This document shows positions 1-13,702 of a stretch of DNA of 64,000 bases, one piece after another. The translations under genes were made by a program, and so were the position numbers. Origin of the DNA: Phoronis australis (Eukaryota > Animalia > Phoronida); assembly GCA_002633005.1 (NCBI GenBank), contig NMRA01000827.1, positions 11,451-75,450 of the forward strand, read 5' to 3'. Below the pieces are notes generated by a model, which had not been told where the DNA came from, did not search any database, and worked only from the letters and a program-made list of their open reading frames with translations. The stretch's first letter is position 1. The number at the start of each line of letters is the position of its first letter.

Positions 1-583
1 ACCTGTTGTATGCGCTAAGACAATGCAGGTGATATTTGGCTTCAACTGCAATGAGGTCAATCACGCCTGCTAGTCGAAGGCCAACCTGGTAGTCGAGTTG
101 TGATGACTTTATAATCTGATCACTCATTTGCTTCGTCATGACAGAAATCAGCCGTGTCTTTTTATTTGTAGTTTGGCAGAATAGACACAGGTCCCAATTG
201 ACTGGCTGAACAGATTTTCGTAATGAACGTTGGTTACCGCAATATGGAACATGCGAAGTACAACCTACCTCTTCTGGTGAAGAATGTACTTGCATTATCT
301 GAAGACGTTCTATTTTACTCTTATCTGTGAAGTGGGCGTAGCATGTTCTGTGCCAAACCAGGAATGCGGTGTTGCCAGATGCAAAAGCATTATCAAGACG
401 ATCTATAATGTCAATATTATTATAATCCCTCAGTTTCTGCCTTTTGGAGGCTGCGTTGGTGACTACTTTCAGTCTATGTTCCGTTGCCTCACTCAAATTT
501 GTTTTGGCCTTATGCGTTTGACAAAATATGCACAATTTGTAATCTGTTGGTGATGGCCTCTTCAAAGTAATCACAGGTTCCAT
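1..583 (-). CDS. N-terminus of a putative Academ-type transposase (runs off the left edge of the window)
   Basis: Manual translation from the ATG at 583: MEPVITLKRPSPTDYKLCIFCQ...WHRTCYAHFT...WDLCLFCQ...DLIAVEAKYHLHCLSAYN. The motifs at 355, 196 and 58 share one frame. CxxCQ, HxxCY and DLxAxEAKYHxxC motifs are recalled from large Academ-like proteins. Confidence 0.6.
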   Translation of the reverse strand, partial: MEPVITLKRPSPTDYKLCIFCQTHKAKTNLSEATEHRLKVVTNAASKRQKLRDYNNIDIIDRLDNAFASGNTAFLVWHRTCYAHFTDKSKIERLQIMQVHSSPEEVGCTSHVPYCGNQRSLRKSVQPVNWDLCLFCQTTNKKTRLISVMTKQMSDQIIKSSQLDYQVGLRLAGVIDLIAVEAKYHLHCLSAYNR

Positions 584-1363
584 TGCACAGCCTTCCAGCA
601 CAAATCTCAAAGTGTATCTGACATCAGTTTTGATGAAATTAGCTGACTTTTGTATCAATTAAAAACGTGCAAAAGATACATTCTACATTGCTGTCACAAA
701 GAAACATTGTATCTTAATTTACAGCTAAACAAATTCCTTGTTATAACATGGCTCATCTCAATAGGTATGTCATGTTGTTATGTTTACAATTCATTCATGT
801 CTTTTCTAAATAGCGGGATGTTTAAAAAACATTGATAATTCTGATTTATGATTTTATTTTTTCAATTTTATTAATGAGCAATGTTAACTTAGTGAAGATG
901 AAATAAAAAGCTTCACATATGTCATAATGGTTTTTTTGGACCTTCAAAACATAGGTACAGACACCTTATTTGTCATGTTTGCCTGTAAATTGATAAAGAT
1001 ACGACGAAATTTGGATTTTTCGATAATGGCGGAAGCTAATTAGCATAATTGGGGAATTTCATGAATTTTATTAGCATGTTCTCCAAACTAAATGATATAA
1101 TCACTCTTAAGCTAAGGTTTTTGCAGCAACAATTTCCTAATTATTCGTGATATATTGTACTCTTGGTCCCAAGCATGTTTGTCATCTTGTTAGTTTGGCG
1201 GCCATTTTGTTTATGCAAATTAGATGGTCAAAAACTCAAAATCCAGCTTGGGAACAGGCATAATCGAAATCAGCATACCATATTTATGCTAAAAAGATAG
1301 GTTCTCCACTTTTACTAAAAAATGCCTCTAACTTGCACATTTTCCAGAAATGCGTCTAGCCTA
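1..1363 (-). mobile_element. 5' end of an Academ-like DNA transposon
   Basis: The minus strand reads TAGGCTAGACGC from 1363 (TAG terminus typical of Academ), about 780 bp upstream of the transposase-like ORF. Confidence 0.45.
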
Positions 1364-2106
1364 AAAAACATCTTTACGCTTTCAGTCATTATTTGAGACC
1401 TTTATGCTGACTTCAGAGCCTACCCTCATTCTGCTGTATGACTCTCCTGCTGTTTGGGTACTAGCTGCCTGCATTTTTACACCTGGAAATGTAAAACTCA
1501 ATAAGATAGCATACCTTATCTAGTCCACTGGCAGGCTACCAGAACAAAAATTGTCAAACACTTGTGAACACCACTCACCCAGCTTATTGTAAGCTGATCC
1601 CTGTTCACCCAAATCAAACAGAGCTTTTGCAACCAATAATCAGTTCAAAAACTCACGTGACTAAGAATCATGTGCATGACTCAGGGAAGAGTGTGTGAGT
1701 AGTGTTTAAAGGTAACAAAGCTGGATGCAACACCAGGAGCCATGCTTTTTGGATGGGTAGCCACGTTTTGTGAATTCACAAAATGAGCTTACAAAATCCA
1801 AATGCTGTGGTCATAAGTGAGAGAATTGTGGTGCTTGAGCCTTAATTTCTGCGAATGCCCAAGCCATGGATGCATAGGCTGTTGAGTAGCATGTTCCACA
1901 ACAGCTTCACGTTTTGTTGGGTTGTAATGTAGAACATCACACAGCGCATTTCCATGTTGACTATTAAGTCAACTTGGAACAGTCAGTGACAAAAATTCAC
2001 AACAAAGGTTATATGTCAAGCCTATGGATTTGTGATGCCAAATTGAGTTCAATGAGCATGCTGCTAGATCATGAACTTAACCTTGGCAGCTCACTTTCTC
2101 CCCACA

Positions 2107-2367
2107 TCAGCGATGATCTTCAAGTGCTGTTGGCTGTTTATCATGCCAGTCCATGGTAAGTTGCTGCTTGAGTTCGTTTTGAGAGGCAAAAGTATTGTTA
2201 CATACATCTTGTGGACACAGGAATATCTTCGTCTTTCGATTGCTGAAACTAACGAAAGGTCTCAATGAGGATGCAGCATGACATTCCTCAACCACTACAT
2301 GTAGTTCCAATGGTTTGCAATCAGAAGCAGGATTCTCCAAAACCATCCCATCTCCGATCTCAAGCAA
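2107..2367 (-). pseudogene. Zinc-finger-like coding relic, probably from a transposase
   Basis: FLCPQDVCNNTFASQNELKQQL resembles a degenerate C2H2 finger; no intact gene context. Confidence 0.3.
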
Positions 2368-2705
2368 CCACTTTTCTTGTTGAAATAGATTAGTTAGTTG
2401 TAAGCCTTAGAACACAAGTCCTTCTTAAAAATCAAGCTATGAAAGAATATTCCATTGCATCAAATATTTACCTTTTGATTCAGACCACGTACACAGCTGA
2501 AACTTGTTCTCAGATGGTATGACTAATCAGAGTGAGATTTCTGAGTAAAAATAGTCTAATATGTAATTGGATACAGCCCATACTATGAATTGTTACGTAG
2601 CTCACCTTCCAATGAGAAGTTATTAAGTTGACGTGGTCCTGTCATTGAGTGGTGAACATCCTCTGCATTCCTGAGGCTGCAAACGTACACCTTGGCTTAC
2701 AACAT

Positions 2706-3105
2706 GGGCCCGGTCTCTAATCTTTGTACTCGAAACGAACTCGAAACTATTTTTGGCAATTTCTCTGCTCCTTTTGTGCGAACTTAAGATAATTGGTTAT
2801 CAGACTGTGCTAGAATACATTATAGTTTATGCATAGGAGTTTCTAGTTCAAGTTTGCCCTTGACCATTATATTCGTGCTACAAACTCGAGTAAAAACTCG
2901 AAATTTCGAGTTCAAACTCAAACTTATTGCTTTAATATTGGGTTTACAAACTGTGAACTAAGGGCAATAAATTATCTACGTATGTTATTGTGTACTCGAG
3001 CATAGAATAATAGACACTTATCTTGAGTTCGCCCAAAAGTAGAGTAGACAATGCCAAACCTAATTTCGAGTTCCATTTCGAGTAAAAAGATTGGAGACCG
3101 GGCCC
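2706..3105. mobile_element. MITE with long TIRs, Harbinger-like
   Basis: GGGCCCGGTCTCTAATCTTT..ACTCGAAA at 2706 is inverted at TTTCGAGTAAAAAGATTGGAGACCGGGCCC ending 3105; non-coding interior. Confidence 0.8.
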
Positions 3106-6100
3106 AGGATACTGCCACGTACGGTGTTCTTGATAGATGATCTTTTATTCTAACAGGCTGGCCAGTTGCTTTGTCTCTGACACGCCCATTCGTGCCAGAT
3201 TGCCCATCAACTTCCTTTCTTCCAAGTGATTTAGTGTGTTGACACTTTTCAGGTTTTTGACAATAACTTTGCCATTTTCCTTCAGAGCATGGCCTATTTT
3301 CGTGAACTTCATTCCGTTTTTTAGCTAAATGTCAAAACTTCGACGCAATTCTGGTTATCTTGAATTAAATTTAATATGATTTTTTATTACGATTTACTTC
3401 CGATTTGGATAATATTTTTCATATTTTCTGTTTTCCGCCCTCTATTGGTGGCAGTATGAAACAGGTGAAAGTGGTGAAAGTGCCTTCGCTAAAGTGTAAA
3501 TTTGAGAATTAAAAAAGGTGCTGCCCACGGAAATAACTATATCTCGTAAAAGACGAGAGCTGTAGCTATCGCAGAACCCATCCGTATGTGGTGTGCGTGT
3601 TTGCGCGCTTGAATTACATAGGCTTCTATATAGGTCTAAATTGGTAGCTGTTTTGGCCCGTGGAGGCAAGGCATTCAAAATTTTCTTTAAAATATCAAAA
3701 TACGTCATTCTGAATTATTTTTGTCATTCTCAATTACAAAAAGGACAGTTATGTATAACTCAATAATTTTTTTATTTTCTAAACGCCTGCGAAGTGGTTT
3801 AATTCCCATGGAAACATAGGGCATTTTCAACAGTCGCGCACAAGGGGTTAGGCCATTTTTCGCCCGATATAGTTATTCGTTATATACACTGTATTTACAA
3901 AGTGACGAAAGACAAAACTAAGTTTTATATTTTTGTAGCTAATTCACCCCAAGTGATATATATATATATATAATATATCAAATTTAACATTTGTAACATG
4001 TCATGTTCCCATAATATTGCAAATTGCCTGACGTTCTCATGCAGTGACTCTTAAAATCACACCTACAGTATAACGCCATATGATTATCCCCTTACGCAAG
4101 AAGTGTCGATGTGGGCAACAGAACGAGAGAGTGTTCGAAAAACAGGATTGAAGGAGTATTTGTTTAAACTGGGAACAAATAAAAACATGAACGGCCTCCC
4201 TGATGGTTTACTCAGTGATGCACAATTTGCCAAAAAGCATCCGGCGTATTCAGGACCTATGGTATGATCACCATCTATACTGCTAGAACTGGGTCAGCGG
4301 CATTGTCTAAGGCCTGTGCAGCCAAGGGATGAACAAGTTAAAAAAACTACTGATAATACTGAACGCACTTGGAAAACACCGAGATGTACCTTTCAAAAAA
4401 AACATACATGTTTTTCAAAGCTATAAAGTTGCTACCTGTTTCTCCATAATATGCCTTTCCTGTTTACAAATGATGCACTCATGTCACAATGTCCCCATCT
4501 TGTTCAGGTTAGTTTGGTGTTTCAGATTTTGGAACTCTGAATTTCTTGGAAAATTTTAGGTTTCATCTGTGTCACTTTCAGCAGCTTGAGCTTTATTACT
4601 ACTGCTGGTATTTTGCGTTTCAATGTCCTTTCAATATTTGATCTGACACTTGTCTTCTGCAGCAGTATAGCAGGACTTGCAGCTGTTTTCTGCACACACA
4701 TTTGTTACACCTCTTCCTTTTTCGATTTACAATGATCCACAGAGTTGCACAGTTCTTCAGCTTTCGTCAGGATGAATATTGAAGTTACTAAGCACAACAG
4801 TATAAACTGGCTCTCTGATTGGTCAATTTAATAGAAAAGCGCCACCAAGTTACAGGAATGTGCACATTATTTTGTGCAATAAAAACACCTTTAAAAGCAA
4901 TGTGAAAGTGTAGACCTGGGAACTTTTTTGAATTTGATTTATAGGTTTATTATCTAGCCACATAGCAAAAACTAGGTTGCCTCCAAGTACTCACGACAAT
5001 GAATGCTATCTATGAGATCTGGCCCAACGCCTACATCCCATGTCGTCGAGTCATTACAAGTGTCAAAAGCAGCTGTGAGAAGGGGGGCTGCCCGGATTAC
5101 AGTGAGTGTGAAACAGTGTGTACAGTTTCGCAAAGACGAGGATGCGAGTAAAGTTAAACAACAGTTTGCATCCCTGTCAGGTAGCCTACGTTTCATATTA
5201 TAGTTTTAATCATTGATAATTCCCCAATCCCCAGGAACGAAAAAGTGAGGCCCGAAAATGTCACCTGGCGTTTCGGGCTGGCGTCAGTGGACAATCGGCT
5301 AACTAGAGAACGCCACTGCTGGCAATTAAGGTACACACTTTTGCAACTCGACCTCCCGTCAAAGAAAATGTGCAATTCGAACTATCCCTTAATAATGTTG
5401 GTTGCAGGCCTACGATATGTTACCTGACCCCCGGGCACTGGGTCACCGGCCCACCATTGCATCACTGAGAAAGAAAATTTCAATATGCCGTGTGGCCATG
5501 CCAATTTTTGGAGTAAATGTGTCAAGTGTAGAGGAGAATAAACTCATTTTGCACCCTGACTAAATCAGACACCGTGATCAAGGAGTGTAGAAGTGTACAT
5601 GTAGGAGAAGTCACTCCGCCATTCGCAACACTAGGGCCCCAAGCTTTGAATAAGCAACAGTAATTTAGCATTGCAGTCCCAATAGTGAAAACACTTATAA
5701 ATTCATACTTCATTGACGTTCGACGTGCAATAAAATTACTGTGTGATTGAAAATGATTGAAATGCGAAAACTAACATCTATTTATAATCGAATGAGACTG
5801 AAAATGTGTTTTTAATCAATATTAAAGTGTATTTGTTTTTATTCTCTGAAGCTCTCTTCAAAAGCCGTCATGATTTTCTTTCGTGTTTGAGTTCTTAATA
5901 AGGCAAATTATCGTTCCTTATAACATGTATACCTCCATGGACTACATGACTACATGACTAAATGACTACATAATTTCATTGATTGCTCCTGGGGGACTTG
6001 CCCTCAGGTGCCAGCAAAGGGGGTCCAAGAGAGCAGTGCAAACCAGGTAAAAACCAAGTGGGTGCCAAATAGGTGTTGATCCCCTCCCACGGAGGGATAC

Positions 6101-7384
6101 ATGGGAGGAGCGCTAAACAGGTAAAAAACAATGGAGTATGCCACATGAGTGTTGAGTCCCTTCTATCGTCACAAGTTTTGATTGCACCCGTCCCTGACCG
6201 CTGACAACATGTGCTGAGGTGATGATAACATTTGGCCCTGGTTGTGTGCATGACCCACAAGGACATTTGCTTGTAATGAGTGGTGGCCATCATGGCCTAG
6301 TACCATCCTGGGTGTTTTCCAACTTTTATATTACAAAGTGCTCCCAGATGACTTCTAGTTTCATGTCCACCTAACACTTTTGAATATGTTCCCTATTAAA
6401 TACGCCAGGTTGCTACCAGTACAGACACTTGGTTTGTGCAGTAGGTGTAACACGAGTAAGAAGAAGAAAACAAGACAATTCATCACTACCACAACACTGC
6501 ATTACATTCTGATGCTTCCTCACATACAAAAGAGATAAGGCCTGTGTGATCTCGTATAAAACTAATGTATCTTTAACAGACAGAGCAAACTGAATTAATA
6601 CATCGGTGAATAATCAGATAAGTAAACGGAACTTACAACGCACAATGTGTATGTCAATTATGCCGTAGAACAACGCACTAGAGCACATCAATTTTGCTAA
6701 GCTATCAGAAACTGGATTTGAAATTGGTGGTTACTTTGAAATGTTAAAACATTTGAAAGATGACTAAACTTAAGAACTTTTCTTTCATTTCTTTTACTCA
6801 AGATGTTTTGTGTGGAATGTTTTCAACATGAAGTGCAGTCTGACGTTCAGAAAAACATGCACAATAGCTCTTGTGGTATTGCACAAAGAGCATGGAAATT
6901 GAAGGCATCTGTCTCCTTACACAGAACAACTGATAGTGATTCAATCACATTATCACGGTTTATCGCCTCGTCAATGATTTCCCTGTACCACAGTTCAAGG
7001 CTAGATAACAAATCAATAGCGGATTTGCAGCGCAGACGAACTACGCATTGCGCATGTGCGAGTTACTTCCTTCGCGAAGGCTCATGGGATAGCTTGTGGT
7101 CAGGCATGTCTTGAGCAGGCTGGATAGTGTGTGCATATTTGGAGTGATTTGCAAACTAAAAACCATGTTTCATTTTTTGCTTTATAATACCAAGCAAGTC
7201 CTCTCTCTCGTTTGTAAACACAGCGCAGCTATGATCAGTGACCGAGGGCACGACTGTCGTCATGTTCAGTATTGGGGCTATCGGCGTTGATTTCGAAATC
7301 TCCTCCGGTTTCAGACAACTTGAGAGTTCTTGGGTTGCTTAACTTTTGTAGCTTTCGCCGTGTATATGCTAGAGACGTTAATTT

Positions 7385-8407
7385 TAAGAGGAAACTCCGT
7401 CGGAATGTTGTTATCATAAGTCTTTTTTCACCAGGAAAATGTTCGCTGCACACACGATGGCCCCTAGGCAATTACATCGCACTGGATGCCGCAGGCATTC
7501 AGGGGCGATAGTACATCCTCACAAAAAGTTACTCATTTCAAAATACAGCAAATAAAATCAAATGAACCATACATATAGGAACACGGAGTTATAATTAACA
7601 CATACCACGACTCTGTATACAATTTAGTCAGCAAAACTTAAACAAATCGATGACTGAAAATCTGTCGCGGTTTGCTCGAGTTTCTCTCAGTTACCGGGTG
7701 CCATTTTGAGGAAGTTACGTGAAATAACGCATGTTGACGAATAAAAAGTCGAAGGGACACACATCTTACAAGTTTCACCCGATACCTTATGCTATTTTAC
7801 AAGTGTCGCGCGCTAGCGTCACGCGCTTCGCTCAGTCTCGCGCTAACCTTTGCCTAACTCACGGGATTCAGTTGACACGCTTTGTGGTTATCGCGCACGC
7901 GGTGATAAAATTAACGGCAACCAAAACAGTGGAGTTGTAATTCTTCGCCAAAGTCAACTAAATTCTCACAACTAAGCTTTATCAAAGATATGTATAGAAG
8001 TAAAAAGGACCAATGATGAAAGTAAGCGTTTCTTAAATGATACTTTTAAGTGTAGATTGTATTTTTGACGAGGTGAAAACTCGAAATCGGCGGTAACCCA
8101 AATCCGGTCACGGCCCATTTAAAATACACTGAAGTAACAAAATGAATACAGAAAGCGAATGGAAGTATTGTAGCCCCTATATGGCCAACCGAGGGGCTAC
8201 GTGTTGCCTCACGTAGATGGCCCCGCGTTGGTTTGAATGCGCTAAATTTCCCCTTACTCCCAGCTCTCCTAATGTTGTTTATCCATTTTCACGAAGTTCT
8301 TGGTTTGCTGGGTACACATAAAAACTCAGATTTTTATCTCTCTTGTTGTTTTTGAAGCAGCCAGGAACACAACAAGTGTATCCGCCGTAAGTTTTCTTCG
8401 CGCTCAT
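7385..8407 (-). pseudogene. THAP-domain ORF, frameshifted and split by an insertion
   Basis: 8407-8216: [23 protein letters not shown]..(frameshift)..KFSAFKPTRGH. It continues at 7464 as RVCSEHFPG..(frameshift)..KTYDNNIPTEFP, giving the C2CH THAP signature. Confidence 0.75.
7465..8215. mobile_element. 751-bp insertion flanked by a 9-bp direct repeat
   Basis: GATGGCCCC at 7456-7464 and 8216-8224; removing the insert restores the THAP frame (GH|RVCSEHF). Confidence 0.65.
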
Positions 8408-8619
8408 ACCGCGTATTATGCTTGTTACTATGGCCGTTTTCAGAATCCTGACCACAGCACCCACAATGCACCATTTTAACCTAATTTCAATATGGCGTCG
8501 CTACAAATCCGCTATTGCCTCTTGTGATGGCATAACCAAACCATTGATGGCACTGTCAATTTTCTTTCTCTGACATCATTGACATTTACACTTAACTTGT
8601 GGCACAAATGCTTGCACAG

Positions 8620-8900
8620 CTAAAGCAAACGACAGACAGAGTTTACGGACAATGTACCCCCATATAGGCAACGACATTACGCTCCGGGATTCAGAGTATG
8701 CCAACGTCCTGAGACAGAGAGCATAACGTCAGAATATGATCGATACCTTGTGGTTGGCAAGGTGTGCAAGTGTCTGCTGGCAAGAGAGAATGGTTAACAT
8801 CATTGTCTCTAAATGTTGACAGGAACACGTCTGCATCGTCCTCGCAGTTGGAATTTTTTCCACACAATAAGAGAGCATCGACTATCACCTTCTTGTACAT
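8620..8900 (-). pseudogene. P-element/THAP9-like transposase C-terminal fragment
   Basis: YKKVIV..KNSNCEDD, then after a frameshift ERNVVAYMGYIVRKL, resembling the NCExD and YxxGYxxxK motifs. Confidence 0.45.
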
Positions 8901-9008
8901 GGAATTATTGATATTATTATTATAATTACAGTGCGGATGCAAGCAACATTAGGCATTTTTTCTTAGAAAATTCATTCTCAAAAAGAGCCCCGCATCAATG
9001 GTGCATGT

Positions 9009-9275
9009 CATGCGCGCACCCAGCCTTTAATATGGGGGGCTCGAATCTCTGACAATCTGACAATGTGTACCTTTTGCTAACAAAAAAGCGGGAGGACTAA
9101 CAACAAGAAAACAGGGTACCACCTTCAGTTCTGTGAACTGTGCGTCTGCGCCTTTTAAGTGGACTTTTGTTTCGTTTTCACGGACTTTTTGTTTCTCTAA
9201 GGCGGACTTTTTTACCCACTTCGCCAAATGAGGGGGCTCGTTCGAGCCCCCCGAGGCCCCCTGGGTGCTCGCATC
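9009..9275. mobile_element. Short TIR element (MITE); inverted relative at 38023-38278
   Basis: TIR CATGCGCGCACCCAG / CTGGGTGCTCGCATC; the interior matches the reverse complement of 38023-38278. Confidence 0.7.
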
Positions 9276-12029
9276 CTGTAGCCTTGTCTGAATGGTCATA
9301 TTGACCCCTAGCCATGCCAGGACAAGGGTATGCTTTTCTAAAATTATCAGTGTCACTGTTCGGGCTATTTACATTTTGAATTTTTGATTTCGAATACCTG
9401 GACGGCAAATATCCAAACAAGAAAACGATAACAACGTGAACGCAGATCTGCCGCGTAGCTTGTGCAGTAACCTACACTGCAGACGACAGGGGCACCGGGA
9501 CTGCAGTCGACTTGTCTTCCAACAGAACATACAAAATGAAAGACAATGTACCATATCATTAAATAACAAATAATCCTTATCTTTCTAGGTCTTGGGAAGC
9601 GTAAAAAATGATAGTTCAAGATTTTTCATCGAAGAATTGGAGCAATTCAATAGCACTAAAAAACGTACCTTTCCCCATTGTCTTGGCGCTTTCTGATAGA
9701 AATTTGCTTATTCACCACTTGGTGGCGCTAGTAGTAGCGGTAACAGTGAACTCTCCTATACTTCTACACTCCTTGCTGAGATTGTAACTGCTCTGTTCCG
9801 GCCAGGACTCTCTTTGATGTGATAAGCTGTTACAATTTCGTAAGACATTTTCGGGAGATGAGGAGCTCGAGAAGTAAAGCTTAATAATTGGCAAATGTAT
9901 CAAGAAATGATGTGACTAATTGCACATGACAGCAAAATGCGATGAGCCACCACTGTCGACTGTCGAATATATCTTCAATTCATCAACAATGCAAGCAGTG
10001 GTGACCTGGTTCGTGTAGAAAGCATTTTTATCAACAACTTACAAGAAGAAACGTAACCCTGCATTCAGCATACTACCTAATCCGGAACACAACGATCGCC
10101 GCAGTTTGGTCAGATTTACCATTCATGTTTCAAACCTAGTTTTCCGACAAAACTTATACCTTTTAATCAGACAACACTTTGGTACATTGACTTGTTCTCT
10201 AATGTATAAATTTTTCTACGTCTCTGTAGTTAATTATAGACACATTTTTAAGATTTAGTATCCAGGTTGGACTCGAAAGACCGGCCATTTAACTCACGTA
10301 ATGTCAACTTCCGCTTTGTTTATCGCAGTGAGCCTCGCTTTGGATTTTAATGTCCACCGCGTGAATTAGGTCTTTAGGTGGCACTGAACAGTTAGACTGC
10401 GGCCGCAGCCAATTTGCACTCCCAAAATATTAAAATCTAGGGGTAGGCCAGGCTTGGGGGCATTTTTAGTTAGGTATTGTATGTAGACCCAGTGAATTTG
10501 TTTGTTTGTATTTGTGAACATGTCGAGAATTAAAAAAGGCCACTTTCTTGGCTGTAGTTGCACTCTTCTTCAAGATGGTGGCCCCCTGTTGCAGTTGTGC
10601 ATTGCTGTGTAGCAACTGAGAAATTGGCCGAGATTTCAGGTAGCCCTCAATTAAGCCAGATTTACAAAAAAAAACTAGTTGGTTGACAGTACTTTTGGAC
10701 CACATTTTTGGAATTGGTAGGAAATGTGCTTTCGGAATCTAATATTGGCTTTAGTAGAGCATCGGCAGGGAAGTGGTGGTTTTGGGGTGAAAAGTGCCGA
10801 TTTTGCATTTTTTGTCCTTATTTTTCTTAGTCCAGCTTGGTTTCCACTCGGAGTGAAAGGGTCAAAAGTACAAGAGAGAACAAAGCTTCTCTGCTCCATG
10901 GGCTTGTGATGTGAAATGACTCAAAACTTTTCTTTATTTGCATGCAGTTTTTGACAGAGTGAAGAAAGGGTGAAGAGTCCATTGACGTGTGTTCTGATAG
11001 GCAAATCCCTGTGAGAACTGCTCAGTACCTCCTTAATTAGGGAGCGCTGGATCAGCGCAACTTTGCGTGGTTTTGCATTTCACAAGAGTTACATAACAAC
11101 TCGAGTACGATTCGCAGATTCGAGTACGTTTGAAGTGTACTCGAAATGCGACATTAAACACGCTTTTTGAGTACGAGTCAAGTGAGCACGATTTTGACTA
11201 TGAAATGTAGAGTATGAGTATGAGTCTGAGTACGGAGAGTGGAGACAGGGCCCAAGTGGCCACAGTCACACTCACAGTGATGTGTCGAAAGTCACCAATT
11301 TATCTTCAATTCAGACCCCTTTTAACTTACTTTTTAAGCAAGTACCACCGTGCAGGCGTACATGGCTGATCCATTTTAGATTCCGGGTTCGGAGATTGAT
11401 CTGAGTCGGCATTTACAACAGTTGTTCAGTAACATTTATATTGATTCATAAACGCGATAGGCTTACTGCCTAAACCAGAAATCGTGAGCCACCATGTTTA
11501 CAACAGCGCCGTCTACCGAGCAAAATGATAGACGTGAATTACTTTCGTGCAGGCTAATGTACTCCATATGAGTAAGATAATACACGCACTGTTGGCTTAC
11601 GTATTAAATGCCCAGGCCTCTGAAAACCGGTATAGTCTGGAATAGCCACTACACCATGAAAAGCCAACGGGAAAGTATTCCAGGACACATATTCTCTATT
11701 CGGGAATTAAAATCTTTGCAGGACCAAAAAAGCAACTCAAAAAGTCTGAATTTCTCACGCCGGCACCTAAAATTTATCATGTCAGTACCAAAACTTAACA
11801 CATCAGAACTAAAAATTTATCACGCCAGGACAGAACATTTATCACGCTAGAGCAAAAAATTTATTAAAGGAGACCACGTCACCATCCACTCTCTGACAAT
11901 AACCACCGTGTCTCTGTAATACTTAGCCCCAAGTGTACGTTATGCTTTTTGTGACAAGTGGAAAAGACAAAAGAAATTCAACCTCCTTGTGTTTACGACT
12001 ACTGATTGGGTTTCTGTATTCGAATCGTG

Positions 12030-12170
12030 GTCCCGATGGCTTAGTGGACTAGGGCGCCTGCACGGTTAGCAGAAGGTCTCGAGTTCGAGTCCCGGTTGGG
12101 GTAGAAATCATTTCTGACTTAGGTCACGTGATGTGGCCACAGGTAGCGTGCTGGCCAGACTTAGAAATGT
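12030..12170 (+). mobile_element. tRNA-derived SINE
   Basis: A box TGGCTTAGTGG, B box GAGTTCGAGTCCC, cloverleaf-like stems with a non-canonical anticodon loop, and a tail shared with copies at 12291 and 45472. Confidence 0.75.
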
Positions 12171-12290
12171 TTGCGTACGCATTTCCACGCCTCTTCAATA
12201 TGTACATGTATATATTTGCTGTATATACAATCGGGAGTTCAAGGGCTAGATGCCCTCTGCTAAGTCTGATTGGATTTTTGTATGCGACTG

Positions 12291-12450
12291 GTGATCCCGA
12301 TTGCTCAGTAAACTAGAGCGCCTGCACGGTTAGCAGGAAGTCCAGGGTTCGAGTCCCGTTTGGGGCAGAACTCTTTTCAGACTTATATTTACATGTAGCT
12401 CACGTGATGTGGCCACAGGTGGCGTGCTCAGTTGCAATACTTAGAAATGT
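12291..12450 (+). mobile_element. tRNA-derived SINE, second copy
   Basis: Aligns with 12030-12170; B box GGTTCGAGTCCC. Confidence 0.75.
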
Positions 12451-13407
12451 TTGGATGGTTTTATCATGCTGAAACAACCGTCGATCTTTGCCTGTAGTCG
12501 GAGATTTCGCCTAGCTCTGAAATACAACCAGGTTGCATATAGGTACATGTAACAATGATAATTTTAATTGTAGCAGTAATTTCAGTATCTAGCAGTTATG
12601 CATATTTTCTCAGAGATTTTGCATTTTTGCTCTAGTGAGACTTAATCATTTTTCGAAAACAATTGTTTCAGTCTATGATAAGACTAACTTTCTGTTTTAA
12701 GTCCCAATCACTTTTCGCGAAACAGAACCTAGATAGAGTTACTCTTTCCACTGATAATTCTGATGAGTTTTACGAAAGCTCACCTCTGACAGGTATTTCT
12801 TAGTCGTTACGATATAGACTGTTGACAGTATTGTACTAACTGAAGCGATACACGTACTGTAAGCCAAACTGGGCAAAACTCAGCTTAATCTTAACACACA
12901 CTAGTGCGGCAGATTCTAGATCATGACGCAGGCTGTAGATCGCGAAACAGACTACCTTGGATGAAATGAACTGAGGAGGACACATAAAGACTACATGACA
13001 TACATGTAATAATCAACCAATCAGATTAAATGTACAGTAGGTATATGCGATACACTGTGATCACAAACGGTTCTAGTAACGGGAGGAATTACTAATCACC
13101 TTCTCTTAGAAAATAAGAGTATGTTAATTAATAAGATGACTAAATTAAAATGTGGCTAAAATAAACAAGCCCGTTATGCGACAAACTGATTCTCTATGTG
13201 GCATCCGGTCTCGGAAACAGTCTGCTTGGCCAGGCGACTGCTCTCGGCGATTTCGAATTTTCTTTCCTTTCCGAGCCCGGAAATGAATTCTATTCTGTGT
13301 AGGCGTGTGGAACAGGTTAAGGCCAGTTCCATATCGGTTATAGGCAAAATCACTGAAAACCGAGTGTTTTACAGAAGCGTCTTATCACCTTACCATTTCT
13401 GTTTTAG

Positions 13408-13468
13408 ATGACAAGTACTGCTGTGACTTAGTTCTTCACTTGTCCGGCACCTACTGGTACACGCGGTT
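13408..13468 (+). pseudogene. Pseudo-exon of the WBP1/VOPP1-like gene
   Basis: Acceptor retained. Reads DKYCCDLVLHLSGTYWYTR versus DKYCCDFVLHLCCTYWYTWW at 55759; the second CC pair and the GTAAGT donor are lost. Confidence 0.75.
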
Positions 13469-13702
13469 GAGATCTTTTTGTCATATTTTGTGTTGTTCAG
13501 GAACGGGCCCGGTAATTTGTTTGAGGGTTATGTGAGGATCATGGAGGTACCTTAAAAACCCCGGTACAGTTCACACTACATGGAGCATAGACACACGATG
13601 TCAACCAAAACGTGACGGTTATGCCACACGTTTCGGCGTAATGAAGATTTACAATGTTTAGGGCGCCATCACCCAGCCGTGTGGCCCCTTCTAATATCGA
13701 TA

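Noticed and set aside
12030-12102. Functional tRNA gene
   Set aside because: The anticodon loop lacks U33, stems are mismatched, and a shared tail is present in several copies, so it is a SINE head.
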